From Phyllobates terribilis (lineage: Eukaryota): 64,000 nt of DNA. The notes below the pieces were generated by a model that ran no database searches, was not told the origin of the DNA, and saw nothing but the letters and a program-made list of their open reading frames with translations. The first letter of the stretch is position 1. Each line of letters begins with the position of its first letter. Positions 25,775-37,200 of the stretch are shown here, in pieces. The stretch is taken from NCBI RefSeq assembly GCF_046119375.1, contig NW_027362772.1:72788001-72852000 (forward strand), read 5' to 3'. The position numbers and the translations under genes are program-made.

Positions 25775-26821
25775 TGTGACACCCCAGGGGTCTGGTTGCC
25801 ACAGTAATAGAGATATTATGTCTGAGAGCAAGTGGGAGGTTTCTCTGGTCAGGATCCCTAAGCATGCAACACGGTCCGCCCAGACCTGGGAGGGGAGGAA
25901 TCTGCCCTTATAAACTGGGTCTGGGCGGGATTAGAGCAGTCTGAGTCAGAGTCAGAGTGAAGCTGCAGACACAGGGAAAGTGAGATCAGGAGCTCTGGAG
26001 GAGCAGTAGCTGAAGTCCAGGGGCTGGAGCTGAGCAGAGTTCGCCCTGGACGAAGATACTAAAACCAGACACAGGAGTCCGAGGCTGTGGGGACATCCAG
26101 GTCAAGCAGCAGAAACCAGCCGGCAGGGGATTCCAGGTCCTCTGGCCATAGAAGCCCGGAGGCTCAGTCACAGAGAAGGGACCAGCGCCGCCATCCAGGA
26201 GCGGAGACTAACAGAAGGCCCCAAGTCACCAGCCATACGGGTGAGCACCACACGGTATACTCAGGGACGTGGGCTACTTGTAACCGCTGATAGCAAGGTA
26301 GCCAGGAAGAGTGCAGATAAACGGGGAGGCCTACAACTCCACCTGGCCAAGGGAACTCCTGCTTGCTCGCAGACTGACCAGGCCCCTTATACTAGCCAGT
26401 ACTCCCGGGAGGGTCTGCCTTGTACCATCAGTAAAGACCCTGAACTGCACCACACGTCTCTGTGATTCCTTGCCGCTCCTGCACCATTAGCACTGGGACC
26501 CTCAGACCATCACTCCCATCATCTTCCACATTAGCTGCCCTGAGGCATTACTTCTCCCGTGGGGAGTCATCCCATACTCAGCTGCGCAACCAACATCAGC
26601 CTCAGCGGTCTGCAGCGCAGCGGCGGTCCCCACTGACCGCAATCCACGGGTGGCGTAGTCGGACACTTATTCCAATACAAATAGACTGCCACTGGTTTGA
26701 CCACCCTGGGCACGGACCGGGTCACCGCCACACGGAGACTACAACCCCCAGCATCCCAGCGATCCGGTTCCGGGTATTCCCCCTGCACAGCAGCAGCAGC
26801 ACAGGCCCAGGGGGCGCGTCA
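25775..26821 (+). repeat. 5' LTR of outer Gypsy (1047 bp)
   Basis: Matches 32850-32942 plus 37920-38873. TATAAA at about 25908 reads TATGAA in the 3' copy. Confidence 0.95.
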
Positions 26822-26825
26822 ACTT

Positions 26826-26844
26826 TGGCGTAGTCGGCAGGATT
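26826..26844 (+). other. Primer-binding site complementary to tRNA-Ser 3' end
   Basis: TGGCGTAGTCGGCAGGATT is the reverse complement of the vertebrate tRNA-Ser(AGA/TGA) end ...AATCCTGCCGACTACGCCA; it starts 5 nt after the LTR. Confidence 0.85.
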
Positions 26845-27272
26845 TCGTGCCCGCAACCACCGGGTACTGCGTGCCTGAAAAAGAGACTTTTATACTTACC
26901 TGTGGTGAAGTTTCCCGCAGTCCGGAGTCGTTTCCCGCCATCCGGAGCCGATTCCCGCCATCAGACGCCATCTTGGACCGTTTCCCGCCGTCTTCTGCCT
27001 TCTTCCCGCCATCCACAGCTGCTTCCCGCCTTCGGACGCCATCTTCGGGACGCCGCACAGGAAGAAGAGGGGCGTGGACGCCGAAAGCGCGCGAGATCCG
27101 AAGCTCCGCCCCACACAGTGACGCTGCGCAAGGTCCTGGAAGGGAGGAAGAGCGACGCTGACGTCATCGGAGCGCGACGCCAGGTCCTCAACCCCGACGA
27201 TCGACTGCGGAGCCGCGGCCTACGGAAGAAGAGCATCGCAAGGTAGGCCACGGTCCACTAGGGGGGAGGAGG

Positions 27273-28256
27273 ATGCCGGACACCGAGGGGAGCTCCACTG
27301 CCACAGCCACCGCCAGCGCAACCGCTGCGGCAGTCATGCCATTCACCATGCCCTATATCCCGGGGGCAGCCTGGCTACCCCAGTACTCAGGGGAATCACA
27401 TACCCTAAATGACTTTAGAGAAAGACTGGATAGCCTCTTCCAGGTGTACCCCCTCACAGAAGAGCAAAAAGTGAGCATCCTGGTGGCCCAATTAATCGGG
27501 GCAGCCCAAAGGGAGGTAAAGTCCTGACCACTTGGGAGGAAGAGGACTGTCAGAGAGATACTAGCCCGGCTGAAAGACACATTTGACACCCGCACCTCAG
27601 CCGAGATAAAGCTCAGATTTTACGGGTGCAAACAGCGAGCACATGAGAGTATAAGAGACTATGCTTTAAACTTACAAGAGGCCCTGAGAGCCATTAAGCA
27701 GGCAGACCCTGACAGCGTGGGAAATGAAGATAAGCTGTTGACTGAACAATTTATTGAGGGTCTACTATGCAATGCCCACCGAACCCAGTTGCGGGCAATG
27801 GCCTTACAGGGCCCTGACCTGGACTTTGCACAATTCAAGGACAGAGCCATCCGGGTGCTCCGAGAACCGGCACCAGGTGGCGCTGTGACCCACAGGCACC
27901 CTGCTATCACTTACCACCAGGGGACGGCGCCCTTGTCTGCAGAGCCTGTGGGAGCTGATGCGCAGGCTTTAAACAGTGACCCGGCTACAGACCTGCACCA
28001 TCAGGTCCAAGAGCTGACTAAGAGCGTTGCCGCGCTAACCAGAACTGTGCAGTCTTTACAGGTCTCTTCTCCAGGAAAGATCCAGCTGGCATCCGGACCG
28101 GAGGACGTCCCGTGGCGCCGACTGAGGAGGACCCCACCGGCCAGAGGAAGACCCAGCGACAGATACAACGAGGATGGACGACCCATCTGCCGCCGCTGCA
28201 ATCAACCCGGACATGTGGCAAGGTACTGTCATTTAAACGGGCACAACCTGGGGTAG
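27273..28256 (+). pseudogene. gag: Outer Gypsy gag with one premature TGA (27525-27)
   Basis: ORFs 27273 and 27717 are in the same frame, separated by EVKS*P (likely TGG>TGA). C-terminal CCHC knuckle CRRCNQPGHVARYC. Confidence 0.85.
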
Positions 28257-28290
28257 AGGGCCAACCCCCAGGCATAAGACCATCAGGCCC
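28232..28290 (+). promoter_or_regulatory. -1 ribosomal frameshift signal (slippery heptamer plus predicted pseudoknot)
   Basis: T TTA AAC in the gag frame at 28232-38; 8-nt spacer; stem 1 CCTGGGG (28247-53)/CCCCAGG (28266-72); stem 2 GGGCC (28258-62)/GGCCC (28286-90). Confidence 0.7.
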
Positions 28291-28359
28291 ATCAAACTGG
28301 CGTGATAAATACGTAGGGGGACGTCCAATCTTGCCTGTGGTGGACTGGATGGCATTCCT

Positions 28360-31300
28360 ATGAGTGCCCTACTAGACACCGGGTCACAGGTCACCACCAT
28401 CCCGTACGTGCTCTTCAAGCAGTACTGGAATGACTCGGACATAACCCGCTACCCAGATGACGACCTGAGTATCATCGCCAGCAATGGTCAGCCCGTGCAG
28501 CAGGTGGGATTCAAAAAGGTGACCATTAAGATCGGTAAAGTCGAACTGGCGGCACAAGGACTGATAATAGTGGACATAGACCGTCATGAGAGTCACCCTA
28601 GAATAACCTTGGGAACTAATGTGATTGAAAATTGTCTTGCAGAGGTGATTCTCATTTTACAGCAGGTTGCCAAGAACGCCAGTTCCGGCCAGCAGCGTGT
28701 GCTCCAAAAAGAGATCCGGGCACTGATGAAGCGGCAACAGGTGGAACTATCTGGTGGTGAGATAGGTAGCGTGAGAATGTGTGACCCGTTCCCTATTGCC
28801 ATGCCCCCAAAAAGTGAGATGATGATTTGGTGCCGGGCAGCTATTGGTCTAAGAGGTAGAGACTACCAAGCAATGGTAGAACCCGTCTACTCAGACAGTA
28901 GGCCCACCATTTTGACAGCACGGGGGGTGGTCGATGTACGCCATGGGAGGGTGCCCGTTCGCATCATAAATATCGGGGAGAGAGAAGTATACCTGCCCCG
29001 GTATGCCACGCTAGCCAAATTGTTCACCATAAACCAGAATTCTGTACAGGCCGTGGAACCCTTGCCTCCATCTCAACCAGAGGAAGGTAACGGCTCTAAG
29101 AAACCAATGGAGGACTGGTGTCAGCAACTGCATTTGGGTACTGACTCCACTCCCTCACACCAGAAACAGGGAGTCTATCGGGTGGTTCGAGAGTACGAGA
29201 GAGTGTTTAGTAAACACCCGCTAGACTTCGGGCGAGTAAAGGGGGTAGAACACCACATCCCCACGGGAGACCATCCTCCCATAAAGGAGAGATACCGACC
29301 CGTACCCCCGGCACACTACCAACACGCCAAGGGGATGCTTAGAGACATGAAGGAGGCTGGGGTAATCAGGGACAGCTGTAGCCCCTGGGCAGCTCCACTA
29401 GTCTTAGTGAAAAAGAAAGACAACACCATGAGAATGTGTGTAGACTACAGGAAGGTCAACCGTATCACACACAAAGATGCGTACCCGTTACCAAGGATAG
29501 AAGAGTCCTTAGCTGCATTAAAATCTGCTCACTTCTTCTCTACTTTGGATCTCACTAGCGGGTACTGGCAGGTTCCTGTAGCAGAGACGGACCGGGAGAA
29601 GACCGCATTCACCACCCCGATGGGTCTCAGCGAATTTAACTGTATGCCGTTCGGGCTCTGCAACGCACCAGGAACCTTCCAACGGTTGATGGAATGCTGT
29701 CTGGGACACCGGAACTTCGAGACGGTCCTGTTATACCTGGACGATGTCATCGTCTATTCCAAGACCTACGAGGACCACCTGAAACACCTGGCAGAAGTGT
29801 TTGAAGCTCTGGCAAACTACGGCCTAAAGGTGAAACCCTCCAAGTGTCACCTCCTGAAACCAAAGGTGCAATACCTGGGACACGTGGTGAGTGCTGACGG
29901 AGTGGCTCCCGACCCTGATAAGATCACTGTGATTAAGGACTGGCCAAGACCCTCCAGCATAAAGGAAGTGCGGCAGTTCCTCGGGTTGGTAGGCTACTAC
30001 CGAAGATTCATTCCCGGTTTCACCAAAATGGCAGCCCCTATGCAGGACCTCCTGATAGGTCAATCTCGGAAAGCCAAAAACCAGAAGCCGCCCTTCAGGT
30101 GGGAAAAGCTGGAAGAGGAGTCCTTCTGCCAGCTGAAGATGGCCCTCACGGGGGATGAAATCCTGGCATATCCAGACTACAGCCAGCCCTTTATCCTCCA
30201 CACGGACGCAAGCAACATCGGGCTAGGAGCCGTACTGTCCCAGATCCAGCAAGGGAAAGAACGGGTAATCGCTTACGCCAGCCGAAAGCTACGGCCCACG
30301 GAGAGGAACCCTGAGAATTATAGCTCATTCAAGCTGGAGTTCCTGGCAGTAGTGTGGGCAGTGACCGAACGTTTCAAGCATTACCTTGCCTCCTCCAAAT
30401 TCACCGTGTACACGGATAACAACCCATTGACACACCTGGACACTGCAAGGCTCGGTGCCCTGGAACAGAGATGGATGGCCCGCCTGTCCAACTTTGAATT
30501 CACCATCAAATACCGGGCAGGACGCTCAAATGCCAACGCGGATGCCCTGTCTAGAATGCCGAACTTACCGGACGTAGGGGAAGATCCAGAAGATCTGGAA
30601 GAAGTCGAGCTCCCTGCATTCCACCGTCATGGGATTACCCTGTATTCCCACCGTGTGAAGGACAGGCGCTCTGTGACGTTCAATCCCTTGCCCCACTACA
30701 ACTGGGCAGAAACGCAAGACAGTGATCCCGCAGTCCGTCTGGTGAAGGAAATGCTGACCCAAGCCGATGCCAGTCTTGACCCAGACGCTCCGGAGGAGAC
30801 CAAGCAACTGTGGAAGGAGAAAAGTAAGCTGTTCCTCTACAGGGAGAAGCTGTGCCGGAGAATGGTTAACTCTCGAACACATGAGTTGACCTGGCAGGTA
30901 GTGGTCCCAAGACGAGACGCGGCTATGATCCTGGAGGCATACCACAACGGAGCAGGGCATTTCGGATGGAAGAAGCTGGAGTTCTTGTTGCGTGAACGGT
31001 TCTACTGGGTAGGCATGAGAGGAGCCATCGAGAGGTGGTGCAGAGACTGTGGCCCGTGCCACCTGAGAAGAAAGGACCGTGCCAGCCAGAAGACTCCCTT
31101 GCAGCCCATCATCACCAGACAGCCACTGGAACTGGTAGCCCTGGACCATGTGAAACTGGCTCCAAGCAGATCTGGGTATGTCTACGCCCTCACAATCGTA
31201 GATCATTACTCCCGGTTCCTGGTGGTGGTCCCGGTCAAGGACTTAACAGCTCAAACAGCAGCTAGAGCCTTCCAGCAGCACTTCTGCCGTCCACACGGGT

Positions 31301-32370
31301 ACCCGGACCAAGTGCTGACAGACCAAGGGCCAGCCTTTGAAGCGGAGGTCTTCCAGGAGTTCTGCAACCTGTATGGCTGCAAGAAGATAAGAACAACGCC
31401 CTATCACCCTCAAACCAATGGACTCTGCGAGAAGATGAACCAGGTGGTGATAGATCTGCTAAAAACATTGCCCCTGGAAGAACGCAGTCTGTGGCCTGAG
31501 AAACTGCCCGATCTGATGGACGTGTATAACCACATCCCTGTAGGTTCCACCAACTGTACCCCGGCTTACCTAATGAGAGCGAGACCTGGTAAGCTGCCTA
31601 TTGACCTGGATATGGGAGTCCTGACACCTGAGGACACCTCGCCAGAGGCAGACTGGGATACAGAACGGCAGCAGCAGTATCGGAAAGTACAGGAGAGCGT
31701 CGAGCAAAGTCTGTCTCAAGCTAGAGAAAGGCAAGAGAAGGCTTATAACCAGTATGCTCCCGCTGTTCCCCTGGTACCTGGAGAGCAGGTCTTGAAGAGG
31801 AAGAGGCGGCTCCACAAGTTGGACGACCAGTGGGAGAAGGACCCGTACACCATACTGCCATCAAGCCATGAGAACCCAAAAATCTGCGTAATCAGTAAGG
31901 ATGGAGGAGAAACCACAGCCATTGTCTCCAGAGACCACCTGAAGAAGTGTCCCGAGCAGCTGCAAAGCCCTGAAGAAGATCAAGAAAACCCTCAACCCGC
32001 AGAGGAAAGGGAAGAAATGATCAGTACCGTACTCGGAGACTTCCCCCGGTCTTGGACACAAGTAAACGGCGCTGTCGTGGTACCCGTCCTCACCTTTCTC
32101 CAGCCAGCCCCGCAAGTGCCTACAGAGGAACCGGTAGAGCTGGAAGAGCAGCCGGCCCAAGAGGCAGAAGAGTCCACACCAGCAGTACAGGAGGATCAAC
32201 CCTCTGCTAGTAGTGAGCCTGCCGTGCCCCTAGTGAGCCAAAGAGTGCGCAGAAAGCTGCCCAGCTTGCCCATAACACCTCCTACACCCTGTAGTGCAGA
32301 ACCAGTTAGTGAGCTCCGTAGGTCCACTAGAGTCACTAGAGGTCAGATGCCCGCTCGCTGGAGAATCTAA
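28360..32370 (+). CDS. pol: Outer Gypsy pol polyprotein (PR, RT, RNase H, integrase), open for 1336 aa but out of frame with the gag-pol fusion
   Basis: LLDTGSQ (protease), YLDD (RT), LHTDAS (RNase H), HNGAGH...CGPC (IN zinc finger), LDH/TDQG/E core; no chromodomain. Confidence 0.93.
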   Translation: MSALLDTGSQVTTIPYVLFKQYWNDSDITRYPDDDLSIIASNGQPVQQVGFKKVTIKIGKVELAAQGLIIVDIDRHESHPRITLGTNVIENCLAEVILILQQVAKNASSGQQRVLQKEIRALMKRQQVELSGGEIGSVRMCDPFPIAMPPKSEMMIWCRAAIGLRGRDYQAMVEPVYSDSRPTILTARGVVDVRHGRVPVRIINIGEREVYLPRYATLAKLFTINQNSVQAVEPLPPSQPEEGNGSKKPMEDWCQQLHLGTDSTPSHQKQGVYRVVREYERVFSKHPLDFGRVKGVEHHIPTGDHPPIKERYRPVPPAHYQHAKGMLRDMKEAGVIRDSCSPWAAPLVLVKKKDNTMRMCVDYRKVNRITHKDAYPLPRIEESLAALKSAHFFSTLDLTSGYWQVPVAETDREKTAFTTPMGLSEFNCMPFGLCNAPGTFQRLMECCLGHRNFETVLLYLDDVIVYSKTYEDHLKHLAEVFEALANYGLKVKPSKCHLLKPKVQYLGHVVSADGVAPDPDKITVIKDWPRPSSIKEVRQFLGLVGYYRRFIPGFTKMAAPMQDLLIGQSRKAKNQKPPFRWEKLEEESFCQLKMALTGDEILAYPDYSQPFILHTDASNIGLGAVLSQIQQGKERVIAYASRKLRPTERNPENYSSFKLEFLAVVWAVTERFKHYLASSKFTVYTDNNPLTHLDTARLGALEQRWMARLSNFEFTIKYRAGRSNANADALSRMPNLPDVGEDPEDLEEVELPAFHRHGITLYSHRVKDRRSVTFNPLPHYNWAETQDSDPAVRLVKEMLTQADASLDPDAPEETKQLWKEKSKLFLYREKLCRRMVNSRTHELTWQVVVPRRDAAMILEAYHNGAGHFGWKKLEFLLRERFYWVGMRGAIERWCRDCGPCHLRRKDRASQKTPLQPIITRQPLELVALDHVKLAPSRSGYVYALTIVDHYSRFLVVVPVKDLTAQTAARAFQQHFCRPHGYPDQVLTDQGPAFEAEVFQEFCNLYGCKKIRTTPYHPQTNGLCEKMNQVVIDLLKTLPLEERSLWPEKLPDLMDVYNHIPVGSTNCTPAYLMRARPGKLPIDLDMGVLTPEDTSPEADWDTERQQQYRKVQESVEQSLSQARERQEKAYNQYAPAVPLVPGEQVLKRKRRLHKLDDQWEKDPYTILPSSHENPKICVISKDGGETTAIVSRDHLKKCPEQLQSPEEDQENPQPAEEREEMISTVLGDFPRSWTQVNGAVVVPVLTFLQPAPQVPTEEPVELEEQPAQEAEESTPAVQEDQPSASSEPAVPLVSQRVRRKLPSLPITPPTPCSAEPVSELRRSTRVTRGQMPARWRI

Positions 32371-33413
32371 ACCAATGCACTGTAAAGTTGACTGTTTATT
32401 GAAAAATGTTTATGGTTTATGTTTGTTGCCTGTTACTAATTATGTTTCTCAGCTACCCTGCAGATTTTTATGGACTAACAGGTTATGGACACTGGATAAC
32501 CGGAACAGTTTTGTAGATAGTTGCACCTTGGTGCCTCTTGTGAAGACGGCCGCGGAAGAGAAAACCTGTCTGGCGTGGCCTCATTGCGGCCCAAAGTAGT
32601 TAGTCTACCCTTGCAGCCACGCCCAAGGACAACGCAAGGGGTTTGCTTTGGACAGGTCCCCTATTCTGTGCCAAGACTTCGCCTTGTTGGGTGATATGGA
32701 CACCCGGTCACGGAAACGCCGTGACCTCTACAGACTAAAGCTTCTTGTAAATATGTTGTCTTGTTATTGTTATACCTTGTATTTATGTTTCTTTAAAAAA
32801 AAAAGAAAATGTGTTTAGTCCCGGAGTACTAAAATTTACTAGGGGGGAATGTGACACCCCAGGGGTCTGGTTGCCACAGTAATAGAGATATTATGTCTGA
32901 GAGCAAGTGGGAGGTTTCTCTGGTCAGGATCCCTAAGCATGCTGTTAGAACCTTGCTGTTAGGTTTTTTTTCCTTTGCTGGTCACATGACCTTGTTGGCC
33001 TATTTAATCCTGCTCCGCCCTTCTGGCTTTGCTGGACTTCATTGTATATCTACTTTCTAGCTAGCCTGTGCTCTGTATCTATCTCTGTTAGTTTGCTTGG
33101 TCTACGGACCTCTATGTTCTATCTATTTTGTTTGTTCGTCTGTCTGCTACTATTTCTGTTAGGAGGTGTCCCATATTCCTTCCAGTCCTTAGTACTTGTA
33201 GGGATTCCCTCCCCACATCTATAGGTCTTCGTACAGACTAGATTAGGACTTTAGCAGGTCTGATCGCAGGATCAGGTTCCCTGTTACATCGTAGGGATTC
33301 AGCTGAGTCCTATAGTAGGGACAGATCTCCTCTCTTTCCTTAGCTTTGGTAGCAGAACATAACAGTAAGTCCAGCCTGCAAATTCTCTAAGGAAAGATTT
33401 TTTTTGTTCCATC

Positions 33414-34253
33414 ATGGTGTCGGTTCAGGATTTGGCTAAACACCTGCAGGGACTCTCTCTGGAAGTGGCCGAGCTCCGTCAGCACGTGAGTAACTGTCCT
33501 GGAGCATATTTCTTGGAGCCTAAGGTATGTTTGCCGGATTTATTTTTTGGTGAACATCGAGAATTTTTTTCATTTAAAAATGCTTGCTTATTGTATTTTC
33601 GTTTGAGACCCAAGTCCTCTGGGGATGAATCCCAGCGCGTAGGGTTCATAATGTCACTTTTGCGCAAAGAGCCTCAGGAGTGGGCCTTTTCTTTGCAACC
33701 TAGTGATACATGCTTCAGATCAGTGGATAGTTTTTTTTCTGCTTTAGGACTATTATATGATGATCCTGACCGTGTGGCATCAGCTGAGACTGAGTTGAGA
33801 CGTTTAAAGCAAGGATCAGGTAATGTGGAAAAATATTGTACTCATTTTCGTCGTTGGTCCACTCAAACAGGGTGGAACGATTCTGCTCTGAAAAGTCTAT
33901 TTCTTGCTGGGCTCAGTGAAAGGGTTAAAGACCTGCTAATTGCTTATCCTACACCTGAGGATTTGCAACAGGCTATGCAATTAGCTATACGGGTGGATAG
34001 AAGACTGCGTGCTAGGGTTAATGAGAGCAAATCCTCTGCTATGTCAGTTTCTGGTTATGATAATGTGTGTACTAACAGTGGTGAACCAATGGAGATTGGA
34101 TCGGTGGCACCTCGCTCTCAAGAAAAAGACCGTCGTTTTTCGGAAGGCTTGTGTTTCTATTGCGGAAAATCTGGTCATTTGATTAAAGGCTGTGAGCTTC
34201 GTATGAAGAAAGAAAAAAAAAAATGGTCAGTCACGCCCGTATTGCCTGTTTAA
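33414..34253 (+). CDS. gag: Inner element Gag (retrotransposon gag domain, CCHC knuckle)
   Basis: FSFKNACLLYFRLRP...LKQGSGNVEKYCTHF...EPMEIG...CFYCGKSGHLIKGC; typical Sushi/PEG10-like Gag. Confidence 0.92.
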   Translation: MVSVQDLAKHLQGLSLEVAELRQHVSNCPGAYFLEPKVCLPDLFFGEHREFFSFKNACLLYFRLRPKSSGDESQRVGFIMSLLRKEPQEWAFSLQPSDTCFRSVDSFFSALGLLYDDPDRVASAETELRRLKQGSGNVEKYCTHFRRWSTQTGWNDSALKSLFLAGLSERVKDLLIAYPTPEDLQQAMQLAIRVDRRLRARVNESKSSAMSVSGYDNVCTNSGEPMEIGSVAPRSQEKDRRFSEGLCFYCGKSGHLIKGCELRMKKEKKKWSVTPVLPV

Positions 34254-37200
34254 ATTCCAAGGGTATATTTTTAGCTGCTTCCACGATTGCTCAGGAAAAA
34301 TTAATGGAATTTCGGGTGTTTGTTGATTGCGGGTCTACACTAAATGTAATTGATGGGGGATTCGTGGAAAAACTCAATTTAAAACCTGAACCTTTATCAT
34401 CCCCCATTGCTGTGGTTTCTGTGGATGGCTCCCCTTTGAAGAATATTACTCTCAAGGTCAGTGAATTTCCTCTCACTATTAATGGTGTTCACCATGAGAA
34501 ATTGGATTTGGTAGTGTTGAATAACTTGCCTTCTCCAGTAATATTGGGTTTGCCCTGGTTAAAATTTCACAATCCTGTACTGGATTGGTCTACCAGTGAA
34601 ATTAAATCCTGGAGCCATAAATGTTATGACAAGTGTTGTAACGGGCGTATTGCAGCTTTGGATAGGGGAGAATTGCCTGTTCCTATTCAGGATTTTTGGA
34701 GAGTATTTTCTGAGAAAGAATCGCAGGTTTTGCCTCCCCATAGAGACTATGATTGCTCTATTGAATTTGTCCCTGGAGCGACTCTTCCTAAAAGTCGTTT
34801 ATTTAACCTTACTATTCCTGAGAGGAAGGCTTTGGAGGAATACATACAGACAAGTTTGGCCGCCGGTCACATTAGGCCCTCTAAGTCTCCTGTGGCGGTT
34901 GGATTTTTTTTTGTAAAAAAAAAGGACGGCGGTTTACGTCCTTTTCTGGATTTTCGTGAGATTAACAAAATTACGGTACGCAATCCTTACCCACTGCCAT
35001 TGATTCCTGATCTGTTTAACCAGTTATTGGGGGCCAAGTGGTTCTCTAAAATTGACCTTAAGGGGGCATACAATCTGTTGCGCATGAAGGAGGGTGATGA
35101 ATGGAAGACTGCTTTTAACACTCCTGTGGGTCATTTTGAGAATCTGGTTATGCCTTTTGGTCTTACTAATGCTCCTGCATTTTTTCAGAATCTGATTAAT
35201 GACATCCTTAGACCTTTGATCGGTAAAAATGTGGTTGTGTATTTGGATGACATTTTGATTTATTCGCCAGATCTGGAGTCTCATTGGCGGAGCGTGCGTG
35301 AGGTATTACAGTTATTAATGGACAATTCGCTTTTTGCTAAGCTGGAGAAATGTGAGTTCGCTGTACAGAGAATTAGTTTTTTGGGCTACATTATCTCCAG
35401 CAAAGGTTTTGAGATGGATCCGGTTAAGGTTCAGGCTGTGCAGGAATGGCCTAGGCCTATTGGTTTGAAATCGATACAGAGGTTTTTGGGTTTCGCCAAT
35501 TACTATAGAAAATTCATAAAAAATTTTTCTAGTATTGTCAAACCTCTGACTGATCTCACCAGGAAAGGTGCTGATGCGGTTCAGTGGTCTTCTGAGGCCA
35601 TTGAAGCTTTTGTGTATCTCAAGGAGAGGTTCACCTCTGCTCCCATCCTTATGCAGCCTGATGTTACTAGGCCGTTTTTGGTTGAGGTTGATGCTTCCTC
35701 TGTGGGGGTTGGCGCAGTATTGTCTCAGGATAACGGGGATGGATTACATCCCTGTGCCTTTTTTTCAAAAAAATTTTCGGAGACTGAATTGAATTACGAT
35801 GTTGGTAATCGGGAATTATTGGCTATTAAACTCGCATTTGAACACTGGCGCCACTTCTTGGAAGGTGCGGAATTTCCCGTTCAGGTTCTTACGGATCATA
35901 AAAATCTGATATATCTTGATGCTGCCAAGCGCCTGAATGCCTGTCAGGCTAGGTGGGCACTGTTTTTCTCGCGGTTTAATTTCTCCGTTACTTACATCCC
36001 TGGTACTAAGAATGTTAAGGCGGATGCCTTGTCTCGCAGTTTTTCTCCCATAGTCGGTGCTGAGAAAGAGGAAAACATTTTACAAGGTGTTGTGATAGCT
36101 GCTTTAGACTCCGTTTTGGAAGATGAGATTCTTAAAGCTCAGGAGAATGCCCCATCTAACACTCCTCATGGGAGGTTGTTTGTGCCTGGGACCTTTAGGA
36201 GAGATTTGTTTGTTGAGTGTCACGAATCTCGGTTGGCAGGTCATCCCGGAATCTCTGAGACCAAGAGACTGGTGGGTCGCAGTTTTTGGTGGCCTGGATG
36301 GCAGAAGGAAGTCATTAAGTGGGTGCGCCAATGTACTATATGTGCTAGATCTAAGTCCTCACATACTCCTGCTGCGGGGTTGCTTTGTCCTTTGGAGGTC
36401 CCCAGTGCTCCTTGGACACATTTGGCTATGGACTTTATAACTGACCTTCCCCCCTCTGAGGGTTTTACTGTCATCTGGGTGGTCGTGGACCGTTTTCGCA
36501 AGATGTGTCACTTGGTTCCCTTCGTCAAACTGCCCTGCGCTAAAACTCTCGCTAAGACCTTTGTCAAAGAAATTGTCAGACTTCATGGCGTTCCTACTGA
36601 CATTGTTTCTGATAGGGGTCCTCAGTTCGTGGCTCGTTTTTGGCGTGCCTTTTGTGACAGGTTGGGAATTCATTTGTCGTTTTCGTCCGGATATCATCCT
36701 GAATCTAATGGCCAGACAGAAAGGAAAAACCAGGATGTTGAGCAGTTCTTGCGTTGTTTTGTGGCAGACAATCAAGAGGGGTGGTCTGAGTTTCTGCCAC
36801 TTGCCGAATTTGCTCTGAACAATCATACATCTTCTTCTGCTGGTTGTTCGCCTTTTTTTTGTTGTTCTGGGAGACATCCGTCGTTTGGGTCGTTCTCCAA
36901 GTTGGGATCTGCCGTGCCTGAGGAGGAGAATTTTTCCGGTGATTTGGAAAGAGTTTGGACGGATGTGCGTGGTAATCTTCAGGAGGCCAACAGAAAATCT
37001 AAAGACTACTTTGATAGGAAACGACAGGAGGTTTTGTTCGCTGTTGGTGACATGGTTTGGTTGTCCTCTAGGAATCTGCGGTTGAGGATTCCTTCTAAGA
37101 AATTGGGTCCCAAGTTTGTAGGGCCCTTTAAGGTGCTTCAGGTTGTCAACCAATCTGCTGTTAGGTTGGAGGTTCCTACCTCCTGGAGAATTAATCCGGT

